Assembly (NCBI GenBank): GCA_024626585.2
Contig: JANKJI020000002.1
Span: 31,642,430-31,664,580 of the forward strand
DNA length: 22,151 nt
Direction: 5' to 3'
From: Ginkgo biloba
Lineage: Eukaryota; Plantae; Ginkgophyta
The notes under the pieces are model-generated. The model ran no database searches. It had not been told where the DNA came from and saw only the letters and a program-made list of their open reading frames with translations. Both the position numbers and the translations under genes were made by a program. This document shows, in pieces, positions 1 through 10,512 of this stretch. Each line of letters opens with the position of its first letter. Positions within the stretch are counted from its first letter, which is position 1.

Positions 1-573
1 AAAAGATTCAAAAATAAAAGTTTATAAATTTTTTTGATCTCTTAGAATCCAAGTATATTTTGTTCTTTATGAACTTATTAGTAGACAAACTTGCTTCTAG
101 ATTAATTATATAGGCAGCAAGGATCTTACCAATAACTAAATAAATGGAAATTTTAAAAAAACTTGAAAAGTATAAAAAAATCTAAAATAACAGAAAGAAA
201 TACGACTTATTATCAATAATGGATAGAAAATATTTGAAAATAAAAGTGGATAAAAGCTTACAAAAATTCTTAATCGCTTAGCATCTAAACATGTTTTGCT
301 CTTTACGAGCTCATTAACAGACAAATTACTTCAAGAGTAATTATATACGAGAGTAGTAATCTTATTAATAACTAAATAAATAGAGATTTTAAAAAACCTT
401 GAAAAGTATTGAAAATTCTAAAATAACAGTAAGAAATGTGATATATTATCAATAATAAATAGAAATTCTTCAAAAATAAAAGTGGATAAAAGTTTACAAA
501 AATTCTTTATCTCTCAGCTTTCAAACGCATTTCACTCTTTATGAGTTCATCAGAAGACATAATTTCTTAAGAG
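1..573. repeat. ~236-bp tandem (satellite-like) repeat, about 2.5 diverged copies, truncated at the window edge
   Basis: Units begin at 125 (cttaccaataactaaataaat) and 361 (cttattaataactaaataaat) and share blocks such as cttgaaaagtat and aaaataaaagtggataaaag. Bases 1-124 align to the second half of the unit. Confidence 0.85.
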
Positions 574-917
574 AGAAAATGAGAATGTGAAACCTTTATA
601 TATGTTAAAACAACATCAAAGTGCAAATGTAAAGAAGGTCGACTAAGGAGTACTCAAAAAATTCCTTTGCATTAGTTAAGGAACATTTTTAAGCTTAGCA
701 TCTTAAGGATTTTCAAGATGTTGTTTTTACCTGAGAGGCCTTTGGATGGCCTAGACAACTTATCCTTTCAACGCGGCATTCTTCTTCTTCCTTTTTTCAC
801 TAGTTGATACCATTTTGACATTCTCCAAGGAAAAGTTACAACGGGTGAGAAAGCTTCCCAACTTCTTGGGGTTTCTCCAGCAAATAAATTTAAAGGTCAT
901 CTTTATCCTTTGGCATC

Positions 918-1102
918 AAACTTTTATCCACTTTTATTTTTGAAGCTTTTATATTCTTTGTTGTTAGTAATTCACATTTCTTATTATTATTATAGAATTT
1001 TTGATACTTTTCGTCGAAATCTCTATTTACTTGGTTATCGGTAAGATTGTTGCTTGCCTATACAACTAATGTTAAATCTTGAGAGCTTAGAAGCAAGGGT
1101 TT
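918..1102 (-). repeat. Inverted partial copy of the 236-bp repeat unit
   Basis: The reverse complement reads cttgcttcta..tataggcaagcaacaatcttaccgataaccaagtaaatagagattt..gaaaagtatc..taagaaatgtga..aaaataaaagtggataaaag, colinear with 86-257 and 361-492. Confidence 0.8.
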
Positions 1103-1104
1103 AG

Positions 1105-2228
1105 ATTTTAGGAGTTCAGACTTCTCTAGTTCTTCTGTACCAAGTGAAAGTTTGTGATTCTAGTTTTCTAGTTCTGGGAGATAGCCTGCAATTGTTCCAA
1201 GCAATAACTTGCAATTCCATTTATAAATATAAGTTGATCCTCGTATGAGGCAATGTTCTTGTGTACTTGGATTTTCAATCTTGTCTTAAGGGATATAAAG
1301 CTTTATAATTGGTGGACTTCGATTCCATTTCTTTATTTTATGTAAAAAAGCCATTCATTTTCTTCCAATTAATTCAAGAAGATATTATTTATATGACTAT
1401 TGCCTGTGAATGTGATTTTTTTGTGAATTCTAATTCACTTCCGCTATACTCATTCCGAATTAGGGAGCATAACAAAGCAACTACCATTTGAAGCTGATTT
1501 CTTTTTAGATTGGGCACCTTAATGCTTTGGCTGATATGCTTGCAATCTTCTGAATTGTCCATCGTGTAGGGGCCTTGTATTGAGTTTGTTCTGTTCATTG
1601 TTTGCATTGATATGGGGTTGGACCACTTCTTCCCTGTAGTCCACTACAGATAGTAGAGGCTAAGCCTAACAGTCTTCTCTTCTCGTTGATCCATGACACA
1701 TGTGCATGTGGGTTATAACCCTTTGCCATTTGTTCCAAAATATTTGGCATTTTGTTGAGGACCATAATGGTAATGCATTGGCTTACCCTAGCTCGTTCCA
1801 ATGTATTTTAAGTTAGGGCATCAATAGGGAGGGACATTCACCATTCCCAAAGTTTTGAGAAATCCACCAAATACCATGTAATTTTGGGCCCTTGTTGCTC
1901 AATAAGAGGGCCATCCATAGGAGAACCAACATCCATCCAGGGCACATAAGGTGGTTTCAAGAGCTTGGAGCTCCTGTGTTAGGGATTAGGCCCACTTGGT
2001 AACTTAGCACTTGGCCCAGTTCCCTTGACCACCTTCACTCTATAGTTGCTTGTTGACAGGTAGAATTGGATCCCAAAAACAACAGTAAAAGAAGCATCAA
2101 AACAACAACAAAACAATGGTAAAACAGCAGCAAAAGAAGCATCAAAACAACAACAAAATAGTGGTAAAACAGTAGCAAAATAAGCATTAAAACAACAACA
2201 AAACAGTGGTAAAACAACAACAAAACAA
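1105..2228 (-). mobile_element. Possible decayed L1-type LINE fragment (ORF1 3' part and start of the ORF2 endonuclease)
   Basis: The minus-strand ATG at 1220 gives MELQVIAWNNCRLSPRTRKLE, resembling the M-x-I-x-S-W-N-x-R-G-L start of LINE APE endonucleases. Upstream, a frame runs from ~2040 to ~1500 broken by only a few stops (..PYVPWMDVGSP..MAKGYNPHAHVSWINEKRRLLGL..). The ORF1 assignment is inference. Confidence 0.3.
2075..2228. repeat. 45-bp minisatellite, about 3.4 copies, running into a gap
   Basis: aaaagaagcatcaaaacaacaacaaaa recurs at 2087 and 2132, with a variant at 2177. The array ends at the 100-N gap. Confidence 0.9.
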
Positions 2229-2869
2229 NNNNNNNNNNNNNNNNNNNNNNNNNNNNNNNNNNNNNNNNNNNNNNNNNNNNNNNNNNNNNNNNNNNNNNNN
2301 NNNNNNNNNNNNNNNNNNNNNNNNNNNNAAATACAAAAGGGATATAAATGATTGTTGCATTTTATTTCATACTACAAAATGTTTATTGTATAAAAGGGGG
2401 TTAAAAAATTACTTAAGGGTATGAAATCGAGGGTGAAAAAATAGGAATAAGATCTTGTATAGGGTTATTATTTATTAAGTCTATTACATAAGTGTTTTGA
2501 GAGTTTATAATTATGTGACCCCCTAGGCAAAGTCGATTGCAAGGATCAAATTCCCAACTGCAAAGATGTATCTACTTTAGATATTAGTGAGTGGAGTAAT
2601 ATGGTCATAAGGGTAGATGCCACTTTCACCTATCATTACGAAAGGAAGAGCTCATATACTAGATTAATCAATGTAAAGAGATTAGGCATCCCTTAATACA
2701 CAAGAGCAACCTAAGGATGATCCATATTTTAGTGGGTGAGTGAAAATATCCCAATGTAATTCGTATTTTTATTTTTTTTGACAAAATAATTAAAATTATG
2801 TGTTTAAACATGCATGCAATTCTATCAACTTGAATTTGAAAATTCAAGAGAAAATACAAAATTTGGATG

Positions 2870-4565
2870 CACACAATATTCTTACACAGAGAAAATAAAG
2901 TTTTGAACTATAGAAAACCCTCTTGGGGAATAAAAAATCTAGAATAATATTTAGTTCTTCAACAAGAAAGACTTACAACTAATTGAGCCTATGGCTCTGT
3001 TCATGGGATGCAACCCATAGAGTTTCACATAATCAACAAGATGACTATCCAATAATTGGTGTGGATATTTTCAACCTTCAATAGTTTCACTCATACTCTC
3101 TTCTTGCTGCTTAGAAATCTATTACAGCTTATCCCTCTACAGATATGTTCTTTTTTCCCTCTTCTCTTCTTCGAGTGCTCTCTCTTCCTTTACTTCCATC
3201 TTGCCTTTTGTTTCTCCTTCCCCCTTTTCAGTTACCCTAATTGTTCTAAGGAGTTGAACTGTTTTTAAAAACTATTGCTTTACCTTTTGGTCTTCCGTGG
3301 GGCCCTCTTTCAGATTCCTCATTTTAGACTTTTCTCTATCGGGGTTTTTTGGTCAAAGAAATGCCTAGCTAAGTGTCACAAGTGTCTCCTTAATCCACTT
3401 ATGAACTATCTAGTCTTGAACTCTAAAATGATGATCCAGGTTGGATCCGATCCAGGTATGAAAATAAGCCATTTTCTCACTGGTAGTCTTCCAGTCCCCT
3501 AGAGACTGGTAACTGATAACAAATAACCAGTGAGGATACTAATCCCCTAGAGACCAGNNNNNNNNNNNNNNNNNNNNNNNNNNNNNNNNNNNNNNNNNNN
3601 NNNNNNNNNNNNNNNNNNNNNNNNNNNNNNNNNNNNNNNNNNNNNNNNNNNNNNNNNCACATCCTCTTCTTGATGATCAAAAAGCTATTACATCTTCTCC
3701 CTCTATGGTTGTGCTCTTTCTATCCTCTTCTCTTTCATGAGTGCTCTCCCTTCCTCTACTTCCATCTTGCCTTTTGTTTCTCCTTCCCTCTTTTTAGTTA
3801 CCCTAGCTATTCGAAGGAAGTTGAATCATTTTTAAAAATGTCTCTTTACCTTTTATTCTTATTTAGGGCCCTATTATAGATTCTTCATTTTGAACTTTTC
3901 TGCGATTAAGGGTTTCTATTCAGAGAAATGCCTAGCTAAGTGTCACAAATGTTTCCTTTGAATCCCTGAAGTTTTAAACTTTGAAATGAATTCAGGTTTA
4001 TTTGATTTTGGGTATGCAGTATTGGAATGTCCCAATAAGGTGTGTCACGCTCTTATCTTAATCTCCAAGCTTAAAAAATCAACCATCTTTTATTCAGTTC
4101 TTGGGNNNNNNNNNNNNNNNNNNNNNNNNNNNNNCCTTTTTTTGTGTCTTCCAAAGAGTTTGAAGTCTGACAATCCTGAAAGACTCAACCTTCTTTTCAA
4201 GTACTCGGGGTTTGTTTGTAAGGAAAATTTTCAAAAAGTATGATCTTTCCAAAGTTCAATCTTCTAAAATCCAAAATGTGAAATTTGACCAAGTGTTGGG
4301 CACTCGTGGTGAAAGGCATCCTTTTATGTATACTTTTACATTCAAATTATTAAAAGTTATATACTATAATCTTAACTAATATAAATTAAAATTTTAAACA
4401 TAAAAATTAAAGGATTACCCCTTTTTCGGAAGAATGCTTCTAAAATTGAAGGTTTTTAGGAGACGAGTTAAGAGTTTAATCCTTGACATCTCTAAAATTG
4501 TAAAAATAGTGTATTTTTTTACTATTGCTATTTCCATCATAAATTTTGAACCATAACTCTATTTT
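2870..4565 (-). mobile_element. Possible long LTR or LTR-adjacent retroelement sequence containing an internal duplication
   Basis: gaaaaccc..gggga..aaaaa..ttacaa (~2912-2978) and gcatccttttat (~4316-4327) resemble reverse-complemented U5 and TATA regions of plant LTRs. No partner LTR, PBS or TSD found. Confidence 0.25.
3092..3998. repeat. Diverged direct duplication: 3092-3442 and 3658-3998
   Basis: Colinear alignment with identical blocks (tacttccatcttgccttttgtttctccttccc; gaaatgcctagctaagtgtcacaa) and many substitutions. A gap lies between the copies. Confidence 0.9.
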
Positions 4566-4727
4566 NNNNNNNNNNNNNNNNNNNNNNNNNNNNNNNNNNN
4601 NNNNNNNNNNNNNNNNNNNNNNNNNNNNNNNNNNNNNNNNNNNNNNNNNNNNNNNNNNNNNNNNNNNNNNNNNNNNNNNNNNNNNNNNNNNNCTTCAAAT
4701 TGTCAAAATTTAATTTTTGATCTGAAA

Positions 4728-5650
4728 ATGGATCAAAGGATCATTAATAGTAAGCCTTGATTCAAGAGTTTATAGGAAGGAAATAGGATCCTATGTAGGC
4801 TATCCCACCCTTTTCATTGATTAACCACATAATATAAGTAATGATAACATAGTTCACTCCTTTTTTCATATCCTCTAGTAACAAAAAAATAGAGGATGCG
4901 TTAGACNNNNNNNNNNNNNTCTGGTACCTTAAAGATTAAAGCAAGAGTTAACAAATAGACCTTCCATTCAGATGGTTTACATCCAACATATAAACTAAAT
5001 CCAACTCAATTGTAGGGATCATATTTATCAGTCATTGATCCAAATAGTTATTGATGAATTAATTATAATAAATTCAATATAGGAGGAGTTGGTAAAAGAA
5101 GTCAAGGAGTACTTTAAAGACATCCCCCAAATTACTCTAGTTAGAACGTTAATAGAATTGGTGGATGAGCTTTGATAACTCATCATAATTGTAGGTCAAT
5201 GGGCTAGGAAATTATGACACATCAAGAAGCACTAGCCAACATTATATAGGAGTATACAAAAATAATTCTAAAGTTATCAACTTATTTAGACTAGGATTGA
5301 CAAGCTTATAAATTGTCTTTACAAGTTGTGCTGACATACAACCAACTTCTATTAAGGTAGCTTAATAAAGTTATACATGATGAGGCACAAGTAAAAGCAT
5401 GAACGTTTTCTTTGACATTCAATAACAAAAAATCACACAAAAGGTTGATAACTAAAAGAAAACAACTATATTTCAATAATGGGCCAAGGAAAAATCAAGA
5501 AATTATTCATAAAAAGGAGAATTGAGTAAGTCAATTGGTTGTAGTCCTCAATCTAGAAGAGAATTAGACCATTTATTAAGAAGAATGTAGAGCATTAAGG
5601 ATTTGGTCAAAGTATAGGCTAAAGATCCTTACGCACTTGTCCCAAAGTAG
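4728..5650 (+). mobile_element. Decayed Ty3/gypsy gag
   Basis: Hand translation gives I*EELVKEVKEYF (~5077-5115; W-E-E-L gag motif with TGG>TAG), VINLFRLGL..QPTSIKVA (~5273-5362; FxxGL and P-x-T/S motifs) and a degenerate zinc knuckle CRALRIW..RTCPK (~5585-5646). Confidence 0.6.
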
Positions 5651-5819
5651 GATTCCTTAGCTTAAGATAAGGCAACGATTTATTATACACAGATGGATGC
5701 AATCCAACATTGAATCTAGTTTGAGATACTAGAATGGAAAGAATTCTAGTCCCAAATCTACATGATTGAACCCAACCTACTTCAAGTCATATCAAGCAAG
5801 CTAATCCCATCCGCTTAGT

Positions 5820-6511
5820 CCATGTAGTTGCCTTCTTTTTCTTCTTCTCTCTTTTTAGTATGTACTCTATCAACATGCATGCAATTTTTGATAAGTGGCA
5901 TTGAATTTATATTTTGGATCAAATTTATGTATACTTTTCTAAGTTTTCTTTTATTGATTTGAGATGAGTTAATTGATTGAGTATAAGGGATATATAACAT
6001 TTCATTTGAGTCATTGTTAACATGCATTAATATGGATGATGCTACAACATATCATTGGTGGGTGTCGATCAGTTAGAGTTAATTGTCAATGTAAGTTTGG
6101 TATAATTACCAAAGTACCTTATGTATATGCTGCATCCTCACCATCTCTCCCCCCATCCCCCTTATGTTAAAGAAATAATAAAAGAAGATCCCCCCTTTTA
6201 CCTCTATATAAAAGGGGTATATATAGCATGATGGTAGGACCTGGGAGTTGACTCGAGAAGTGCCATAAGGTGGATATATGTGGGAGAAGGTGCTAAAAAG
6301 AGAGATAACATATGCATTATCCACATGAATGAAAAGGAGATTTTTATGTCGATTATTAGTTAGTCCATCCTTTGCCTATTATATTCATCTTTGTTCACCT
6401 AATTCATGTCTTGTGTCTACTATATATAAGAACACACATCTTGTGTGGACTAATGTGTAATATATTATTCTTGCATAAAATACAAATGGATTAGTGTTGA
6501 ACATATAATTA
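5820..6511. mobile_element. Probable LTR-like or non-coding TE segment between the gag and pol remnants
   Basis: Non-coding, with TATATAAA at 6205-6212 and an abrupt compositional change from the flanking gag. Boundaries are not supported by a TSD. Confidence 0.25.
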
Positions 6512-7019
6512 NNNNNNNNNNNNNNNNNNNNNNNNNNNNNNNNNNNNNNNNNNNNNNNNNNNNNNNNNNNNNNNNNNNNNNNNNNNNNNNNTGCACGAAT
6601 ATTTCCCAAAAGTGTTTTGCAAGCCTCTTCAGTCTCTTCCTTCTTTGTCTTCATTAGATACACTTTTTTGCAATATGTTTAGTGCAAAGCATTAGTTTGA
6701 TTCTAGAAACTCCATCACTTCTATCTATTCCTCTCTTTTGGATCAACTTGCATTCTCATCCATTCCATTCAGTGATAGGGAACTAGTTTGGTAACAACTA
6801 TGCTTAGTTAGTTTCTTTTTGCTATAATAATGTCCTTTTAGACTATAGGATGATACATACTAACTACTAATTATGTACTTTCTAAATAAATCTTTTCATC
6901 TAGATTATCAAGTTGTTATAAAATGCTTCTCTTTTAGCTAATTATTCTCATGATATTTAGTCCTTTCTCACCTCTTTTTTTATTTTGTTGATTATTCTAA
7001 CATGCCAACCTATATTATA

Positions 7020-9230
7020 ATAAATATGGTTCAATCTATCTACATGGGCGACACTCCACATATTAATGTTATAATATATCATTAATTGTGCAATATGACT
7101 ATGAACCAATATGTTGTTGAGATGCTTTAGCGATAAGTTATGTAGCACNNNNNNNNNNNNNNNNNNNNNNNNNNNNNNNNNNNNNNNNNNNNNNNNNNNN
7201 NNNNNNNNNNNNNNNNNNNNNNNNNNNNNNNNNNNNNNNNNNNNNNNNTACTAATATGTCCCTCTTATACTAGACATTGCTCTTAAGAGAGCTTTTCAAA
7301 CTCCGCATAATCCATATGAGTTCATCTTGTTAGGTGTTGTAGCATTTTCAATAATTTATTTTGAAGTTGAATGCTAAGAAATATGTCTTGGGTTTTTTGG
7401 AACTCAAATACCTAAGACTTCATATTTACACTAACATCATTTAGATGGACATAAAGTTCAAGCCATTTTGGATTTTCCAGCACCAACCTTAGTTAAGTGT
7501 ATGAAAAAATTCCTCAACATATGTGTTTTTTTGGATAAGTTTTGCCCCATTTTGCTTCTCACTACACCATTGCATGCAATATTATATAAATATATAACAT
7601 TTCACTAAACACTTGCTTATGAAGTTGTTGTTGCTCAAATTAAGCATGTAATGACTTGTGCTCTAGCGTTAGCTCATGTAGATTTCACTTATTCGTTCCT
7701 TTTTTTTTATGCTAGTGATGGTCTCAATATTGTTTAGTTCCAAGTCTTTAGTGATGCCCCTCTATACACTATTATATATAACAATCGTTCTCTATTTGCA
7801 CCTGAGAAAAAATAGTTTATTGTTGAAAAAAGAATGTCTTCTTGTTATTTGGCCATTTGATAAGTTACATCCCTACTTACATGATTCACAAACTATTATC
7901 AAAACTAATCATTCAACTCTTGCACACCTCTTCACCAAGAATGAATTAAAGTCTCATTTGGCTCACTAGGTCCTAACCCTCCAAGAGTGTGATTTCCAAA
8001 GTTTGTTATTGTCTTGACCATTGTAGTTAGGAATTTAATGCTTTGTCTCAAGACCATCCTACCATCTAATCCACATTCATGNNNNNNNNNNCCTTTTGTT
8101 CTCTCTTTTGTTGACAACTTTCCTGCATAATCTTTTGACCCTATTATTGAGTACATCATACACCAATTGCATACATTTCCAACAACTATTTTCACATCTT
8201 CATTGCCCTCACGCTATCAACTTATGAATAATCTCCTCTATTTTATCCAAAAAGGACAACCTTTATGCTTAGTGTTCCCATTAGTTTTCTTCTTGAATAC
8301 ATGTCACGCCCATACTTTATTTGGGCAATTGGATCTAAACTAAGCTTTACTTGAGCTTCATCAACCTTTTTTTTGGCTTAAGCTTCACCCTTATGCTCTA
8401 AGTTTTTTTGCAAGTTTCTCTCATGTTAGTCTTCTAAATCATCTAAAGTCTATCTAGTTAGACATCATGAATCTATTTCCATCTCATCTCCCTTAAAACT
8501 TGTTGCTTATGATATTATAGGCATTTTTCCTACATCCACTCCTAACGATCACTTTATTGTTGTTCTCTCTTAGTACCTTACTCATTAGTCTCACACTAAA
8601 GCCATCATGTCTCTCAATACTAATGAGTTGGCATATTTTTGCTTTAGATTATTTGTCATTATGTCCTTCTTGTATCTTGCAGGACTAGGTCACAAATTTC
8701 ACTTCTTAGGTTATGCGCATGGTTACTTTTGTCACTAACATCAAACATACATTAGTTTTTATTAGTCCATTCCATTCAACCACAAATGGTCTCAACGAGT
8801 GATTAAATTATACGATTAAGTGAATGTTGACCATGTATGTCAATCCTCAACATTTAGATTAACACCATTTTCTTCTTTCTGTCCTTAATGCCTACAACAC
8901 ATCTATCTAGGCTTTTACTTATTTTTCTCCCTTCTGTGCTCTATTTACTAATGACGTAGTTTTACCTCTTCAAGTTGGACTTCCTTCTTATTCTTGCTTG
9001 TGATCATTTAGTCAGACCTAGTGTGACATTTTTACCTATGCTACATCCTACGTTATTTCACAATCTCACCTTAGCGCAAGGACAACATAAGTGCTATCAT
9101 GATGCAAAAAGTACGCCCTTTGTGATTTGGTGTTAGTGTATTACCCATTTTAGAGGCATGATTTATTCAAGAGTTTGTTTCCCTATTAACTGGGACCAAG
9201 TACAAAGTTCACATAAAACAACATGAGATG
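7020..9230 (+). mobile_element. Decayed Ty3/gypsy pol: RT, RNase H, integrase
   Basis: In gypsy order: IYMGDTPHI..YVVEML (pre-RT); AFQTPHNPYEF (7291-7323); LKLNAKKY..KYL and KVQAILDFPAPT (RT C-terminus); EKECLLVIWPFDKLHPYLHDSQTIIKTNHSTL..*VLTLQECDF (RNase H); LVAYDIIGIFP, QD*VTNFTS, PFHSTTNGLNE*LN, AYNTSI*AFTYFSPF (integrase core); GPY-like remnant at ~9190. Many stops and frameshifts, and the RT core is deleted. Confidence 0.9.
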
Positions 9231-9397
9231 TTGGAAAAGTAGCAAAAACGCTTAACAAATATGTTGAGATGGCTCTTGAATAACNNNNNNNNNNNNNNNN
9301 NNNNNNNNNNNNNNNNNNNNNNNNNNNNNNNNNNNNNNNNNNNNNNNNNNNNNNNNNNNNNNNNNNNNNNNNNNNNNNNNNNNNNNNAGTGAACTCA

Positions 9398-9417
9398 CTC
9401 TCTCTCTCTCTCTCTCT
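9398..9417. repeat. (CT)10 microsatellite
   Basis: Read directly from the sequence. Confidence 0.9.
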
Positions 9418-9539
9418 AAATTAGATACAAGATCAAGAAAAATATAAAAAATGGATATATGTTTAGTGATATGCCATTGACACATGTCACTCCAAATCCT
9501 TAATCCAATGTAGACTATTATTGTGTTTGAGAGTGGTGA

Positions 9540-10218
9540 ACTAAAACCCCAAATTACGCCAAGGACAAATTACCACTCCGCAAAAATCATGGCCGAGGTG
9601 AATTCAGACACCGGTTGCCTTTAACGTAAAAAATTGTGGTCAATGGACATGTATGATGTACCTACCTATACAGCTAAATTCGATCCTTCAAGAAGTCAAG
9701 GCGTCCACACAGAGGTAGAGATTGGCTTATCCACAACGAAAGGAATGGACGATTTCTCCTGGCCTCTACATTCTTTCCTTCCAATATGAAACATCCACCG
9801 GCAACTTCATACTCTAGAATTTCGGTTAAAGCTAGGACCCTACACAATTTCGAACAATGACAAATTTTCTTACCAATTTTTTTTCGCTTTCTGATATGGG
9901 TCTTCTTCTGCAGGCCATTTTTTCTTCTGGGCACCACTTTGCCACATTTGGCATTTGGTTTAACGATTTGGGTTTTTTCTTTAGACTATTTTTAAAATTG
10001 CACACCGCCTATATGCTTATTTATTTGGGTTAGCCTGTTTGGCAATATCAGCCTCAATTTATTCAACTCTTCTTGCGCAGACTATTTTTACGATTTGAAA
10101 GGTAACAGACCTCAATGTTTGTGTGATCAAGGATTGGGCCCGGAGTCAATTTTAAACTTCAATTAGCTTCAATTTGCGGCTGATCTGGGTCTCCTTGTAT
10201 TGGCTATTTTAGGAAGCC
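9540..10218 (+). promoter_or_regulatory. Probable promoter and spliced 5' UTR of the downstream gene
   Basis: Retains CpG, unlike the flanking TE debris. Acceptor tcttcttgcgcag ends at 10080, then a 21-nt exon 10081-10101 and an intron 10102-10212 (AG/GTAACA..TATTTTAG) ending 6 nt before the ATG at 10219. Confidence 0.5.
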
Positions 10219-10512
10219 ATGATTCCTTTAGCAAGTGCAATGAGGTTGCATTCTTTTCGCTTCTGTAATGCAATGAATCGAAGCTGCTTCTTCTCTTCAT
10301 CTTTCATTTCCCCTTCTGTTGTCTCCATTGGTCCAGCAAGCCACTTGTTTTGCTGTAGGCATATGTTAGCAGGTGCAATTCATAAGAGCCTTAGCAATGT
10401 GCAAGTCATGCTATTTAGTTTGATGGACAGAGGTGGTAGGAGTTGCAGTTGCAGAGGTGGGTATCATGAGCTTAAAGTTATGTGTAGTCAAGCTTCATCA
10501 GAAGAGTTCAAG
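10219..10512 (+). CDS. First coding exon (98 codons) of an unidentified gene; Ser/Arg-rich, acid-poor N-terminus resembling a plastid or mitochondrial transit peptide
   Basis: GCCATG start just after an acceptor; open frame MIPLASAMRLHSFRF..KVMCSQASSEEFK with no D or E until about residue 70; strong phase-0 donor AAG/GTAATT at 10512/10513 followed by U-rich sequence. No domain recognised. Confidence 0.55.

Noticed and set aside
801-820. TGATACCA followed by TTT-TG, a possible minus-strand PBS and LTR end
   Set aside because: Only 8 nt match the PBS, and no supporting gag or partner LTR was found.
2075-2228. CRISPR-like array
   Set aside because: The units are contiguous with no unique spacers, the context is eukaryotic and there are no cas genes; it is a minisatellite.
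3511-3523. 13-nt match AACTGATAACAAA to ~16071-16083
   Set aside because: It does not extend and is plausible by chance in 22 kb of AT-rich DNA.
3056-3879. Paired hydrophobic + strand ORFs as duplicated membrane-protein genes
   Set aside because: The Leu/Phe richness follows from the pyrimidine-rich strand, the starts and stops differ between copies, and there is no gene structure.
9674-9937. 87-aa minus-strand ORF as a divergent gene
   Set aside because: Non-ATG start, no recognisable motif, and better explained as the antisense of the T-rich UTR and intron of the + strand gene.
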